Positions 1 through 9,640 of a stretch of DNA of 64,000 bases are shown one piece after another; the first letter of the stretch is position 1; the number at the start of each line of letters is the position of its first letter. The stretch is from NCBI GenBank assembly GCA_002329335.1, contig DCTY01000024.1, forward strand, positions 3,632-67,631, given 5' to 3'. Origin of the DNA: Christensenella sp. UBA1428. Its GTDB lineage: Bacteria > Bacillota > Clostridia > Christensenellales > UBA1750. Under the pieces are notes generated by a model. That model did no database searches and was not told the DNA's origin. It saw only the letters and a program-made list of their open reading frames with translations. The translations under genes and the position numbers were made by a program.

Positions 1-844
1 GGCCGTGAGGGATTTTTTCATAGGACGGCTCGGCGTCCAGCGTCGGCCGCTTGTGCGCGGCGGCATAATCACGCCGGACATAGCGCCAGTTATCCTCGCC
101 GAAATCGCCCTCCGCCGCCAGATTATCGTCCCAAGCCCCCATGCCCGCCGCGCTTTGCGCATAATCGCGGTGGCCGGACTGGAACATATTCAAATCCAGC
201 CAGGGCGCATCGTCAAACCACAAACTCGACGCCGTCCGTCCAAAGGGATGATACGCCGTCAAATGCTCCGGGCACCGGTCCTTCAGCGCCTGCCCCAACT
301 TCATGAACACCTCATAGCCGTCGCTGCCGCGCACATCGCCGCCGATAATCCAGATCACATTGGGGAAACCGCCCAGCTGCTCCGCCAGAAAATCCGCATA
401 TGCCAGGCAGTTGTCCGCATTGAGAGCGCCGTTTTTCACCATAGAGCCCCATGCCGGCAAATACCCCATAAACAGCCCCTTTTCCTGTGCGATCCGGGTA
501 ATCTGCCGCACCTTGCGCCAATAGCCGCTTTTCAGATCCGGCGCTTGAAAATCCCGGTTTTCAAGCGCCCGCAGCGGTTCCGGCCGATCCCATGCATCGC
601 CGCTGCTTCGGTAATGCACCTGATCGAAAAACCGATGCACCAGCGTCGCTTGAATGACGTTAAAACCCTTTGCCGCCCGGTTTTCCAGATAATCCTCCGC
701 CTGGCTTACGCTGAGTTTTTCCGTCAGCAGCCACGCCGTATCCCCCAGCCAGAAAAAAGGCTTCCCGCCGCAAACCAGATGTCGCCCGTCCGGCGATGCC
801 TGAAGCGGCCCCGCCTGCCAGGGATACTCAACCAAACGCGCCAT
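1..844 (-). CDS. DUF4038 / glycoside hydrolase family 140-like protein (N-terminal part; gene runs off the left window edge)
   Basis: Absent from the ORF track because there is no stop in the window. My own reverse-strand translation starts at ATG 844-842, with SD GGGAGGG 6 nt upstream. It reads MARLVEYPWQAGPLQASPDGRHLVCGGKPFFWLGDTAWLLTEKLSVSQAEDYLENRAAKGFNVIQATLV...IWIIGGD. The GKPFFWLGDTAW motif and layout are typical of DUF4038/GH140. Track ORF 5..1219(+) is its antisense shadow. Confidence 0.7.
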   Translation of the reverse strand, partial: MARLVEYPWQAGPLQASPDGRHLVCGGKPFFWLGDTAWLLTEKLSVSQAEDYLENRAAKGFNVIQATLVHRFFDQVHYRSSGDAWDRPEPLRALENRDFQAPDLKSGYWRKVRQITRIAQEKGLFMGYLPAWGSMVKNGALNADNCLAYADFLAEQLGGFPNVIWIIGGDVRGSDGYEVFMKLGQALKDRCPEHLTAYHPFGRTASSLWFDDAPWLDLNMFQSGHRDYAQSAAGMGAWDDNLAAEGDFGEDNWRYVRRDYAAAHKRPTLDAEPSYEKIPHG

Positions 845-993
845 ATTCAGCCCTCCCATGCCGCGATTCGCCCCCGCCTGTGCCGGCTCAAACGCCCCAC
901 ATTCAAATACAGGAAACCAACCGCCGTCAATATCGATAATATTAAGGAAACTTACGTTCAGTTTACCTGCTTACGGTACGTTCGTCAACATTT

Positions 994-1572
994 TTATTCC
1001 TGTGCAAGCGCCTGCACCGACGCATCCCCGTACACCGAATGCCAATCCGCTTCAAACCCCGCCAGCGCCAAATCCGTCAGCGGATGGCAAAGCAGCTTTT
1101 CAAAAAACGCCGGCGGCAGCGTCACGGCATGCGCGCCGTCGCCCAGAATATCGTCTGCCTTATTGACATACGGCGCGACCCACCCCGCGCCCGCCTGCGC
1201 CGCCAAAAGCGCCTGCTGAGCGGTAAAAACTGCTGTAACCGCCGTATCGATGCCCATCTGTTTCAGCTGGCGCACCGCCGCAATGCCCTGCGCCGTTGCA
1301 AGCACCTTGACGCAAAACGGCTCGCCGACCAGCGCCCGCAGCGCCTGCGCGTCGCATACCATCCCGGACGCTTCCCGATGCATCGTCTGGGCAAATACCA
1401 GCGCCTGTTCGCCGGCAGCCTGACGCAGCTGGCGCATCATCCCGGCAAAATCGCGCCGGTTTTCCCGCGCGCAGATCGTCGGGTTGGTCGTCACCCCCGC
1501 AATGGGGTACAGCGCCGCAATCCGGCGCACCGCCTCGGCATTGGCGCTGTCGACAAAATAAAGCACAATCAT
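994..1572 (-). CDS. Transaldolase family / fructose-6-phosphate aldolase-like protein (short variant)
   Basis: GVTTNPT motif, Schiff-base Lys context FCVKV, and APYVNK...HPLTD...FEADW collinear with FsaA/TalC. At 192 aa it appears to lack about 38 aa between VNKADDILGDG and AHAVTLP (see findings). SD AAGGAGGA abuts ATG 1572, so GTG at 1566 may be the true start. Confidence 0.8.
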   Translation of the reverse strand: MIVLYFVDSANAEAVRRIAALYPIAGVTTNPTICARENRRDFAGMMRQLRQAAGEQALVFAQTMHREASGMVCDAQALRALVGEPFCVKVLATAQGIAAVRQLKQMGIDTAVTAVFTAQQALLAAQAGAGWVAPYVNKADDILGDGAHAVTLPPAFFEKLLCHPLTDLALAGFEADWHSVYGDASVQALAQE

Positions 1573-1643
1573 TCCTCCTTCGCCGTCTTTTCGGCGTCTT
1601 CGTGAACTATTGTACCAAAATCCGCGTCCCGGGTAAACCGTGC

Positions 1644-1729
1644 TTGTAGAAAATAATCCGCAATGCTATAATAAAAAATGAACCGCTCATGATTCAAACC
1701 TTGCAGACGCCGCGCAAATCCGCTACAAT
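1644..1729 (+). promoter_or_regulatory. Two tandem sigma-A-type promoters upstream of the DtxR/MntR gene
   Basis: TTGTAG-N17-TATAAT (1644-1672) and TTGCAG-N17-TACAAT (1701-1729). Confidence 0.5.
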
Positions 1730-1770
1730 GGAAGGAAGCGTCCAGAACGCGCGCAGAAAGGAGTCCCCCA

Positions 1771-2169
1771 ATGCCCATCCACGAATCCGCCGAAAACTAT
1801 CTGGAAACCATCCTCATGCTGAGCAAACGGCTGGACGTTGTTCGTTCTATCGACATCGCCGCCGATATGCGTTTTTCAAAGCCCAGCGTTTCCATCGCCA
1901 TGAAAAACCTGCGCCAGGAGGGCTTCATCGAAGTACAAAGCGGCGGCAGCATCGTATTGACCCAAAGCGGCCTGAAAATTGCCGAGCGGATCTATGAGCG
2001 TCATTGTGTAATCGCCCGTTTTTTGATGCAGCTGGGCGTCGAGGAGCCTGTCGCCTTTGAAGACGCCTGCAAAATCGAACACGATATCAGCACCCAGAGT
2101 TTTCAGGCGCTGAAGGATTTTCTTGCCCGGGCAGAAAAAAAGCCGTCCGCCGCCGGAACTGCCGGCTGA
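1771..2169 (+). CDS. DtxR/MntR family metal-dependent transcriptional regulator
   Basis: Starts MPIHESAENYLETILMLSKR, followed by an HTH (SKPSVSIAMKNLRQEGFI) and a dimerisation region (ERHCVIARFL...KIEHDIS). SD AAAGGAG lies 6 nt upstream. Confidence 0.85.
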   Translation: MPIHESAENYLETILMLSKRLDVVRSIDIAADMRFSKPSVSIAMKNLRQEGFIEVQSGGSIVLTQSGLKIAERIYERHCVIARFLMQLGVEEPVAFEDACKIEHDISTQSFQALKDFLARAEKKPSAAGTAG

Positions 2170-2206
2170 AATTCCGATTGCCTGTTTCCCCATTGTTTTT
2201 TTGTTT

Positions 2207-2235
2207 CCCGCGCATGCTGCGCGGGTTTTTCTTTT
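2207..2235 (+). terminator. Intrinsic terminator after the DtxR/MntR gene
   Basis: CCCGCGCA-tgc-TGCGCGGG followed by TTTTTCTTTT. Confidence 0.75.
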
Positions 2236-2266
2236 CCGAAAAATCCTGTGAAACCGCCCCTTCGAA

Positions 2267-2296
2267 TTGACGCGCCCATATAGTTTGTAGTATGAT
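2267..2296 (+). promoter_or_regulatory. Sigma-A-type promoter of the LamG-protein gene
   Basis: TTGACG-N18-TATGAT, about 100 nt upstream of ATG 2398 and just after the mntR-like terminator. Confidence 0.55.
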
Positions 2297-2397
2297 ATCT
2301 ACATATATTCTACAATTTGTTCCAGGCGCCGCCGCTGTCTGTGCGGCGCATCCGGCAAATCACACAACTGCGCCAACGCGCGGAAAGGATTTTCTTT

Positions 2398-5300
2398 ATG
2401 CAACCTTCTTCTTTGCTGTTTTATGCCTCCGGCGCGGCGTTTGAAGCCGAACAGGCCGGCGGACAGGCGCGCCAGACATTCCTGCGGGACGTACAGGTTC
2501 AGCCCGGCGGCGTCACCGGCCACTATTTTTGCTGCGAGGATTCCCAGCTGCTGGCCTGGAAAGCCCCGGGCAACATCTATGCCCAGCGCGGCACGCTCAG
2601 CTTTTTCTGGCGCAGCCGCTATCCCATGGGGCCCACGGCGTTCCCAATCTTTCGCGTCGGCTATGCGGACCATTCCAGCTGGGACTGCGTTTTTCTGCGC
2701 GTAGACTGGAGCGGCAAGGGGTTTGAGGCGCTTGTGACCGATATCAACCTTTCCAGAGCCCGCGTTGCCGTTGCAATGGAAGCGCCCGCGCCCGATCAGT
2801 GGACGCACTTTGCCGTTGCCTGGGACGAGCTTTGGGGCCTTAAATTCTATCTCAACGGCAAGCTGGCCGCGCAGGAATACCGTCCCGGCGTGTACAGCGC
2901 CGGTCTGGATCAGTTTGGGCCGCATTCGCGCATTATTTCCAGCTGGCAGGTGCAAAGCGACTATAACTTTGTCCGCGGCGGCGATATCTGCGAAATTGCG
3001 ATCCATGACCAGATGCTCCCGCCCGATCAAATCGCCAGCCTGGCCTCCGGCGTTCTGGTTCAGGGCGCCGCTTATGCGGAAAACCCGGTTTTGTCCCAGG
3101 AAAACTGGCTCCTGCGCAACGGTCTTACCCCGACGCCGCCCGCAGTTCCCGACTGCGCCAGCGTGCGCAAGGTTGAAATACACGACGCGTACGATTTAAA
3201 GCGCTGGTGGTGGAAAGGCTGCGACGGCATCCGCGAAACCACCTGGCCGGGCGTGTTCAACCGTTCCCGTTTAAAAGGCCGCAACGACTATTTTCAGCTG
3301 CCAGACTGGGACTGCTATTCCCTTTCCGGCAAATCCATTACCTTTACCGTGCCCGACGAACCGTTCAACCATGTTGAAATCTCCGGCAGCGCCTTTGGCC
3401 GTCTGGAACGGCTCGACGATCACGGCGCGGTCCTTCAAACGCTGATGACCCGCCCCGCCGGCATGGAGCGCACCGCCAACGCCCTTGAACAAATGCGCGC
3501 CGGCAAGCTGCGCTTCACCAACGAGCAGCAGGAGGAGCCAATCGGCGACTTTTCGCTCTATCAGGTCAGCGCCGGCTGCGCGCCCGAGGGGATCAAACGA
3601 ACCGTTTACCGCCTTGGCGCCGCCGCAAAAAACGATCCCGCCCAACAGGAGCTCACCGCGTTCATTCGCGGCCGGTATCCCGACTATGAACGCAATCTCC
3701 TTTTTGCCGGCGAGACCGGCGGTCCCATCGCGCTTTGCGGCCGCCCCTTCGTCCACATCGTCGTCCCCTATCAGCCTGACGACGATCTGGGGCTTGACGG
3801 CGTTGAAATCGCTTTCGGCCGCGCTCCTTTGGGCGCCAGCGCCGCCGTGCAGATCAAAGACCCGCTTTGGTATTACCGCAATCTGGCGCATTTTGTGTTC
3901 AGCTGCGAGGGCGGCGCGAAAAAAACGATCTTCTTTGATACCCGCGACCGGATTTTGCCGCAGGGCAAATGCCTGTATCTGACAATTGCCGCCAACAGCT
4001 GCCCGGCGCTTGAAGCGCTGCTTGACGGGATGACCCTGACGATGGTCTATAAAAGCGCCGGGGAGGCCCGGGCCGAACATGTGCTGGACCGTTTCACCCA
4101 GGTGCGCGATCTGTACGGTCACCTGACCGAGGAGCACCCCAGCGTTCCGGAGCTGAACATGTTCAACCGGATTTACGCCGATGTGACGGATCTGATTAAA
4201 ATCGCGCCCGAACACAAACCGGGGCAATATTACTATTACGACGTCATGGCAAAGTCGGGTCGGGGCCGTCCGGCGCTGATGCCCGGTTACCGGCCGGACT
4301 TTACCCCCACCCCCGTACCGCAGGGCGTTCCCGCCTGGGCGTTTGAACAGATTGAAAACCTGCGCTACTATAAACGCCTGATCAATTGGTACATCGACAA
4401 CCGCCAGATTGAAAACGGCGAACTGGGCGGCGGGCTTTCCGACGACGGCGATTTTGTCGCCACCTGGGGCTGGCTGGCCATGATGGGCTCCGACCGTGAA
4501 AAAGTGCTCAGGGCCATGGCGGATAACCTGCAGGCGTTTTACGATCAGGGGCTGTTCACCAACGGTCTTTGCTCCATCCAGGCCGACGAGCTGCATTCCT
4601 CGGAAGAGGGGCTTGTCACGCTGGCGGCGCTTTTGATGGCCGACCCGTCCAATCCGAAATGGCTGGAGCGCGCCATGGAAAACGCCCGCAGCATCGACTG
4701 GATTTCCGGCATCAACCCCAGCGGTTACCGCTTTATCCGTTCCTGCTATTTCAACGGTTCGCATTATGCCGCCGACGCGCCGTGGGACCGCACCAAGCCC
4801 GCCGTCTATTCCATGCTCACGCCGTCCTGGATGCTTTCGCGCTTTAACGCCAACCGGCAGATCCGTCAATATTTAAAGGAAATGGCCGACGGCGTCCTGG
4901 CCCATTATGACGCCGAAAAAAACGAACTGCATACGACCATTCGCTTTGGCGACGATCACGATTTCGGCCCGACGACGCGCGCGGCCGGTCTGCGCAGCAT
5001 GCTCCAGGCCGCCAGCAATCAGACTGGCAACCCGGCTTACGAATCCATGCTGCCGGAAAACCAGCCGGATACCGACGGACAGCGTCCGACGCAGCTTGGC
5101 AAAACGCCCAAAGACTTTATGCCCTTTGACGAAAACGGCGTTGTGGATAAAGCCGCCGTTGCCGCCCGGTATCACGAGCTGAATTTCCAATCCGGTATTC
5201 ACGAATATTACAACACCCTCGGCTCCTGCTGGATCGACCGCGTGCAGTTCAGCCACGATACCGTTGCCTGCCACCGCGTCGGCGATCCCACCGGCCTGAC

Positions 5301-5955
5301 CGCCCGCGCGGTTTATCCCATGGGCCGCTTCGGCTGGCGTTTCCAGGACGGCGACGATGAAAAAGTCGCCATCCTTGCGCCGTGCAGCCGCCGGGATGCG
5401 GTGCGCATTTTGGTCGCCAACATCTCCGGCGACACCGTCTGCGCGCAGCTTGTAATCGACGACATGATCACCGGCCGCTATCAGGTGGTTACCGGCATCG
5501 ACACCACGGGCAGCGACCGTGCAGACGCGCAGATCGTCCGGTATGAAACGCATCTTGAAAACACCCGGCAGATCGCCCTGCAGTTTGCGCCCAACGCCAC
5601 GACGGTCGTGGAGCTGACGTTGCTTAAGGCGCAGGCGCCCAGCGCTCAGCGCTATGACCTGGGCATCTGCCCGCAGGATGTGCGCCTGTACGCCCATGGC
5701 ATGAACGTCACCGTCCACAGCCTGGGCTGCCTGCCCACGCCACCTGCCGATATCGTGCTCCGGGACGCGCAGGGCAACGAGCTTGGCCGGGAAACGCTGC
5801 CTTCCCTTCCGGCGCCAAACGATTTGTGGCCCCGGTACCGCGACGTGATCTTCAACCTGCACGGCATTGCGTCCCTCAAGGGCTGCACCGTCGAAATTGA
5901 CCCGGAAAACAAATTGTGCGAGATCACCCGCGCCAACAACATCGTACGCCTGTAA
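2398..5955 (+). CDS. Large (1185 aa) cytoplasmic LamG/concanavalin-like domain protein, function unknown
   Basis: Start moved to ATG 2398 (SD GGAAAGGA 8 nt upstream). The N-terminal ~200 aa look LamG-like (GTLSFFWRS...WTHFAVAWD...LKFYLNGKL). The central region is helix-rich and possibly an alpha/alpha-toroid (WYIDNRQIENGELGGGLSDDGDF...). The C-terminal part is a beta-sandwich-like tail ending EIDPENKLCEITRANNIVRL. No signal peptide or TM segment. Confidence 0.75.
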   Translation: MQPSSLLFYASGAAFEAEQAGGQARQTFLRDVQVQPGGVTGHYFCCEDSQLLAWKAPGNIYAQRGTLSFFWRSRYPMGPTAFPIFRVGYADHSSWDCVFLRVDWSGKGFEALVTDINLSRARVAVAMEAPAPDQWTHFAVAWDELWGLKFYLNGKLAAQEYRPGVYSAGLDQFGPHSRIISSWQVQSDYNFVRGGDICEIAIHDQMLPPDQIASLASGVLVQGAAYAENPVLSQENWLLRNGLTPTPPAVPDCASVRKVEIHDAYDLKRWWWKGCDGIRETTWPGVFNRSRLKGRNDYFQLPDWDCYSLSGKSITFTVPDEPFNHVEISGSAFGRLERLDDHGAVLQTLMTRPAGMERTANALEQMRAGKLRFTNEQQEEPIGDFSLYQVSAGCAPEGIKRTVYRLGAAAKNDPAQQELTAFIRGRYPDYERNLLFAGETGGPIALCGRPFVHIVVPYQPDDDLGLDGVEIAFGRAPLGASAAVQIKDPLWYYRNLAHFVFSCEGGAKKTIFFDTRDRILPQGKCLYLTIAANSCPALEALLDGMTLTMVYKSAGEARAEHVLDRFTQVRDLYGHLTEEHPSVPELNMFNRIYADVTDLIKIAPEHKPGQYYYYDVMAKSGRGRPALMPGYRPDFTPTPVPQGVPAWAFEQIENLRYYKRLINWYIDNRQIENGELGGGLSDDGDFVATWGWLAMMGSDREKVLRAMADNLQAFYDQGLFTNGLCSIQADELHSSEEGLVTLAALLMADPSNPKWLERAMENARSIDWISGINPSGYRFIRSCYFNGSHYAADAPWDRTKPAVYSMLTPSWMLSRFNANRQIRQYLKEMADGVLAHYDAEKNELHTTIRFGDDHDFGPTTRAAGLRSMLQAASNQTGNPAYESMLPENQPDTDGQRPTQLGKTPKDFMPFDENGVVDKAAVAARYHELNFQSGIHEYYNTLGSCWIDRVQFSHDTVACHRVGDPTGLTARAVYPMGRFGWRFQDGDDEKVAILAPCSRRDAVRILVANISGDTVCAQLVIDDMITGRYQVVTGIDTTGSDRADAQIVRYETHLENTRQIALQFAPNATTVVELTLLKAQAPSAQRYDLGICPQDVRLYAHGMNVTVHSLGCLPTPPADIVLRDAQGNELGRETLPSLPAPNDLWPRYRDVIFNLHGIASLKGCTVEIDPENKLCEITRANNIVRL

Positions 5956-5982
5956 ACTTCACCGTCGTTTAAAAAAATACGC

Positions 5983-6027
5983 GCAGGACGCGCCCGCGCC
6001 GTTTTCCTGCGGCCGGGCGCGTCCTGC
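5983..6027. terminator. 14-bp GC-rich hairpin after the LamG gene (U-tract only on the reverse strand)
   Basis: GCAGGACGCGCCCG-N17-CGGGCGCGTCCTGC, flanked by A-runs on the + strand. A proper U-tail therefore exists only for reverse-strand transcripts. Confidence 0.45.
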
Positions 6028-6148
6028 CGCACAAAAAATCCGCATTTTCCGGCAAATCAGAAAAAACGCCCAGATATCTTGATTTTTCCCTGGGCATGTG
6101 GTAATATAATTCGGATATCGTTTCAAGCCGAAAGGACGGAGCAGCAAC

Positions 6149-7432
6149 ATGAATGTCACCAAAGAAACGACGGCCCCGAACAAAGTGAAGCTGACAATCG
6201 AATTAAGCAGCGAGGAATTTGAAGCCGGCATGGCCGCCGCCTACAAAAAGATCGTCAAACAAATCAACATTCCCGGATTCCGCAAGGGCAAAGCCCCGCG
6301 TAAAGTGATTGAAAACTTTTACGGCGAGTCCGTTTTCTATGAAGAAGCGTTCAACTATGCGTTTCCCAAGGCCTACGACAAGGCGATCGACGAGCAGGAT
6401 CTGTTCCCTGTGGAGCAGCCTCAAATCGATATCGTGAGCATCGGCACTCAGGAAAAAACCGTGTTTACCGCTGAGTTTTTTGTCAAGCCCGAGGTAACCC
6501 TGGGCCAGTACAAAGGCATCGAAGTGGAAAAGAAGGAATATCCTGTTACCGCCGAGCAGATCGACGCCGAAATTGAGCAGGCCCGCAGCCGCAATGCCAG
6601 CTGGGAAGACGTGGATCGCGCCTGCGCCATGGGCGACCGCGCAACCATCGATTATGCCGGCACCGTCGACGGCGTTGCCTTTGAGGGCGGCACCAGCGAA
6701 AATTTCCCGCTGGAGCTTGGTTCGGGCACCTTCATCCCCGGCTTTGAAGAACAGGTCGCCGGCATGGAAAAGGATCAGGAACGCGACGTCAAGGTCACCT
6801 TCCCCGAGGATTACCGCGCGGAAGACCTGGCGGGCAAAGAAGCCGTTTTCCATGTAAAATTAAACGGCGTGCAGGCCAAAAACCTCCCCGAGCTGGACGA
6901 CGAATTTGCCAAGGACGTGTCCGAATTTGACACGCTTGCCGACTATCGTGCAGACGTTGAAAAGCGCCTGACGCAGCAGGCACAGACCCGCAGCGACAAC
7001 GAGTTTACCAACGCCGTGGTCGAAGCGGTGTGCGCCAACTGTGAAGTGGAAATCCCCCAGCCGATGATCGAGCGCGAAATCGACGCCATGGTACGCGATA
7101 TGAGCATGCGCTTTGCCTATCAGGGGCTGTCCATGGACGATTTCCTCAAATATACCAATCAGACGATGGAGCAGCTGCGCGCCCAGTATCAGGATCAGGC
7201 GCTGTCCCGCGTGAAGGGCGAGCTGGTGCTTGAAGCGGTGCGCAAGGCCGAAAACATCGAAGCGGCGCAGGAAGACATCGATGCGCTGATCGAAAAATAT
7301 GCCCAGCAGTCCGGCACCGATGCGGAAAGCTTTACCAAGAGTTTTTCCGATCAGGATTGGGATTATATCCGCATGGACGCCGCGACCCAGAAGACCATTG
7401 AGTTCCTCAAAGGCGCGGTCAAGGCCGAATAA
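6149..7432 (+). CDS. tig: Trigger factor
   Basis: N-terminal ribosome-binding motif PGFRKGKAP, a central FKBP-type PPIase region and typical length (427 aa). Sits in the canonical tig-clpP-clpX order. Confidence 0.95.
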   Translation: MNVTKETTAPNKVKLTIELSSEEFEAGMAAAYKKIVKQINIPGFRKGKAPRKVIENFYGESVFYEEAFNYAFPKAYDKAIDEQDLFPVEQPQIDIVSIGTQEKTVFTAEFFVKPEVTLGQYKGIEVEKKEYPVTAEQIDAEIEQARSRNASWEDVDRACAMGDRATIDYAGTVDGVAFEGGTSENFPLELGSGTFIPGFEEQVAGMEKDQERDVKVTFPEDYRAEDLAGKEAVFHVKLNGVQAKNLPELDDEFAKDVSEFDTLADYRADVEKRLTQQAQTRSDNEFTNAVVEAVCANCEVEIPQPMIEREIDAMVRDMSMRFAYQGLSMDDFLKYTNQTMEQLRAQYQDQALSRVKGELVLEAVRKAENIEAAQEDIDALIEKYAQQSGTDAESFTKSFSDQDWDYIRMDAATQKTIEFLKGAVKAE

Positions 7433-7462
7433 TCGATTACCGTAAAACGGTTTCACACGCTC

Positions 7463-7521
7463 GATAATAGATTTTGCGCCCGCCATGCATAGCAAAAACG
7501 CAGGCTGCAAAATCTATTATC
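7463..7521. repeat. Perfect 15-bp inverted repeat between tig and clpP
   Basis: GATAATAGATTTTGC (7463-7477) and GCAAAATCTATTATC (7507-7521), separated by 29 nt. The right arm abuts a TATAAT hexamer (7522-7527). Confidence 0.6.
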
Positions 7522-7561
7522 TATAATACGACCATTTTCTTCCCAAAAGGAGGTATGAAAC

Positions 7562-8146
7562 ATGTCCCTGGTACCCGTTGTCGTAGAACAAACCAACCGA
7601 GGCGAACGTTCCTACGATATCTACTCGCGTCTTTTAAAGGACCGCATCATCTTCCTGTCCGGCCAGATCGACGACTATACGGCCAATCTTGTGGTCGCGC
7701 AGATGCTCTTTCTGGAAATGGAAAACCCGGATCAGGATATCAACCTGTATATCAACAGCCCCGGCGGGTCCGTCACGGCGGGCATGGCCATTTATGACAC
7801 GATGCAGTATTTAAAATGCCCCACGGCGACGCTGTGCATCGGAATGGCTGCCTCCATGGGCGCGTTTTTGCTGGCCGCAGGCGCCAAGGGCAAGCGCAAA
7901 GCGCTGCCCAACAGCGAAGTGATGATTCACCAGCCGTCTGCCGGCACGCAGGGTCAGGTAACGGATATGCAGATCCACGTCGAACAGTTTTTGCGCATCA
8001 AAAAGCGCATGAACGAGATTCTTGCCCAGCGCACGGGCAATGATGTGGAAACGGTCACCCGTGCCACCGAGCGCGACAATTTCATGTCCGCCCAGGAAGC
8101 GCTGGATTTCGGCATCATCGACGAAATCATCGAGCCCAAGCGTTAA
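7562..8146 (+). CDS. clpP: ATP-dependent Clp protease proteolytic subunit
   Basis: [18 protein letters not shown], catalytic Ser in GMAASMGA, His in MIHQPS. 194 aa. SD AAGGAGG. Confidence 0.97.
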   Translation: MSLVPVVVEQTNRGERSYDIYSRLLKDRIIFLSGQIDDYTANLVVAQMLFLEMENPDQDINLYINSPGGSVTAGMAIYDTMQYLKCPTATLCIGMAASMGAFLLAAGAKGKRKALPNSEVMIHQPSAGTQGQVTDMQIHVEQFLRIKKRMNEILAQRTGNDVETVTRATERDNFMSAQEALDFGIIDEIIEPKR

Positions 8147-8176
8147 GGGCAGTTCTCATTTCAGAAAGGGTTTTGC

Positions 8177-9466
8177 ATGACGAAATACAACGACAAAAAC
8201 AACCAGCTGATCTGCTCTTTCTGCGGCAAACCGCAGGAACAGGTCGGCAAGCTGGTTGCCGGCCCGAACAATGTCTACATCTGCGATGAATGCATCGAGC
8301 TGTGCCGCGATATCATCTCCGAGGACGACCAGACCGTTTCCGAGGGCGGCTTTGATACCCTGCCCAAACCGCGCGAGCTCAAAGCGCGGCTGGACGAATA
8401 TGTCGTGGGCCAGGAAGATGCAAAGCGCGCGCTGTGCGTTGCGGTTTATAACCACTATAAGCGCATTTTTTCGCCCAAGGCAGATGACGGCGTTGAGGTC
8501 AGCAAGTCCAACATCCTGATGCTGGGCCCTACCGGATGCGGCAAAACGTATCTGGCGCAGACGCTGGCCAAAATTCTCAACGTGCCCTTTGCCATCGGCG
8601 ACGCCACGGCGCTGACCGAAGCCGGCTATGTGGGCGAGGATGTGGAAAACATTCTTTTAAAGCTCATCCAGGCTGCCGATTATGATATTGACCGTGCGCA
8701 GCGCGGCATCATTTTCATCGACGAAGTGGATAAGATTACCCGCAAGGGCGAAAACATGTCTATCACGCGGGATGTTTCGGGTGAAGGCGTGCAGCAGGCG
8801 CTTTTGAAGATTCTGGAAGGTACGGTTGCCGCTGTGCCGCCGCAGGGCGGCCGCAAGCATCCGCAGCAGGAATTCATCCATATTGATACCACCAACATCC
8901 TTTTCATCTGCTCCGGCGCTTTTGCCGCCATCGACGGCATCATCGAAAGCCGGATCGGCCACAAGTCCATGGGCTTTGGCGCGGATATCCGCAAGCGCGA
9001 GGAAAAGGACGTGGGCGAGCTTCTGCGGCATATCGAGCCGGAGGATCTGCTCAAATTCGGCCTGATTCCCGAGTTTGTCGGCCGTCTGCCGATTATCGTA
9101 ACGCTGGATCAGCTCACGCCGGATGCCTTGGTCAACATCCTGACCAAGCCGAAAAATGCGCTGTGCAAGCAGTACGCCAAGCTCTTTGAAATGGACGGCG
9201 TAACGCTGGAATTCGCGCCGGAGGCGCTTTCCTACATCGCGCAGACCGCCATTGAACGCAAAAGCGGCGCGCGCGGCCTGCGTTCGGTCATCGAAAAGAT
9301 CCTGCTGGGCGTGATGTACGACACCCCGTCGCGCCAGGATGTGGCCAAGGTCATCATCACCGAAGCCGCCGCCAAGGGCCTCGCCTCGCCTACCGTGGAG
9401 TATAAGGCCATCGAACCGCCGGAGCCTATGGCCAATCTGACCGAAGGCGGCCCGCTTGTTTCCTGA
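8177..9466 (+). CDS. clpX: ATP-dependent Clp protease ATP-binding subunit ClpX
   Basis: N-terminal zinc finger CSFCGK...CDECI, Walker A GPTGCGKT, Walker [10 protein letters not shown]. Confidence 0.97.
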   Translation: MTKYNDKNNQLICSFCGKPQEQVGKLVAGPNNVYICDECIELCRDIISEDDQTVSEGGFDTLPKPRELKARLDEYVVGQEDAKRALCVAVYNHYKRIFSPKADDGVEVSKSNILMLGPTGCGKTYLAQTLAKILNVPFAIGDATALTEAGYVGEDVENILLKLIQAADYDIDRAQRGIIFIDEVDKITRKGENMSITRDVSGEGVQQALLKILEGTVAAVPPQGGRKHPQQEFIHIDTTNILFICSGAFAAIDGIIESRIGHKSMGFGADIRKREEKDVGELLRHIEPEDLLKFGLIPEFVGRLPIIVTLDQLTPDALVNILTKPKNALCKQYAKLFEMDGVTLEFAPEALSYIAQTAIERKSGARGLRSVIEKILLGVMYDTPSRQDVAKVIITEAAAKGLASPTVEYKAIEPPEPMANLTEGGPLVS

Positions 9467-9511
9467 CCGTTTCCGGGAAATTGAGATAATCAATAAATTT
9501 TTTCTTATCGC

Positions 9512-9541
9512 AGCAGCTGTCTGATGGCAGCTGCTTTTTTT
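9512..9541 (+). terminator. Intrinsic terminator after clpX
   Basis: AGCAGCTG-tctgatgg-CAGCTGCT followed by TTTTTTT. Confidence 0.8.
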
Positions 9542-9605
9542 ATGCCGGAAACCGGCCTGCGCGCAGCATTGGCCAACCGCAATATGCAAACTTTTCCCCG
9601 CCTCA

Positions 9606-9634
9606 TTGACGCGCCAGGTCTAATGTGTTAGAAT
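9606..9634 (+). promoter_or_regulatory. Sigma-A promoter of the blaI/blaR1-like operon
   Basis: TTGACG-N17 (ending TGt)-TAGAAT, an extended -10. Confidence 0.6.
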
Positions 9635-9640
9635 CAAATA

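Noticed and set aside
5-1219. 404-aa + strand ORF at the left edge
   Set aside because: The sequence is Arg/Pro/Gln-rich and not protein-like. It lies exactly antisense to a well-supported GH140-like gene (1-844) and to the transaldolase-family gene. It is a GC-driven shadow ORF.
2299-5862. Long minus-strand ORFs 2299..3183, 3271..4869 (532 aa) and 4873..5862 (329 aa)
   Set aside because: All are antisense to the 1185-aa LamG gene. They have low-complexity Arg/Gly/Ala/Val composition, no SD sequences and no recognisable motifs.
7433-7561. CtsR operator upstream of clpP
   Set aside because: No GGTCAAA-NAN-GGTCAAA-type heptad repeat is present. Only the unrelated 15-bp inverted repeat was found.
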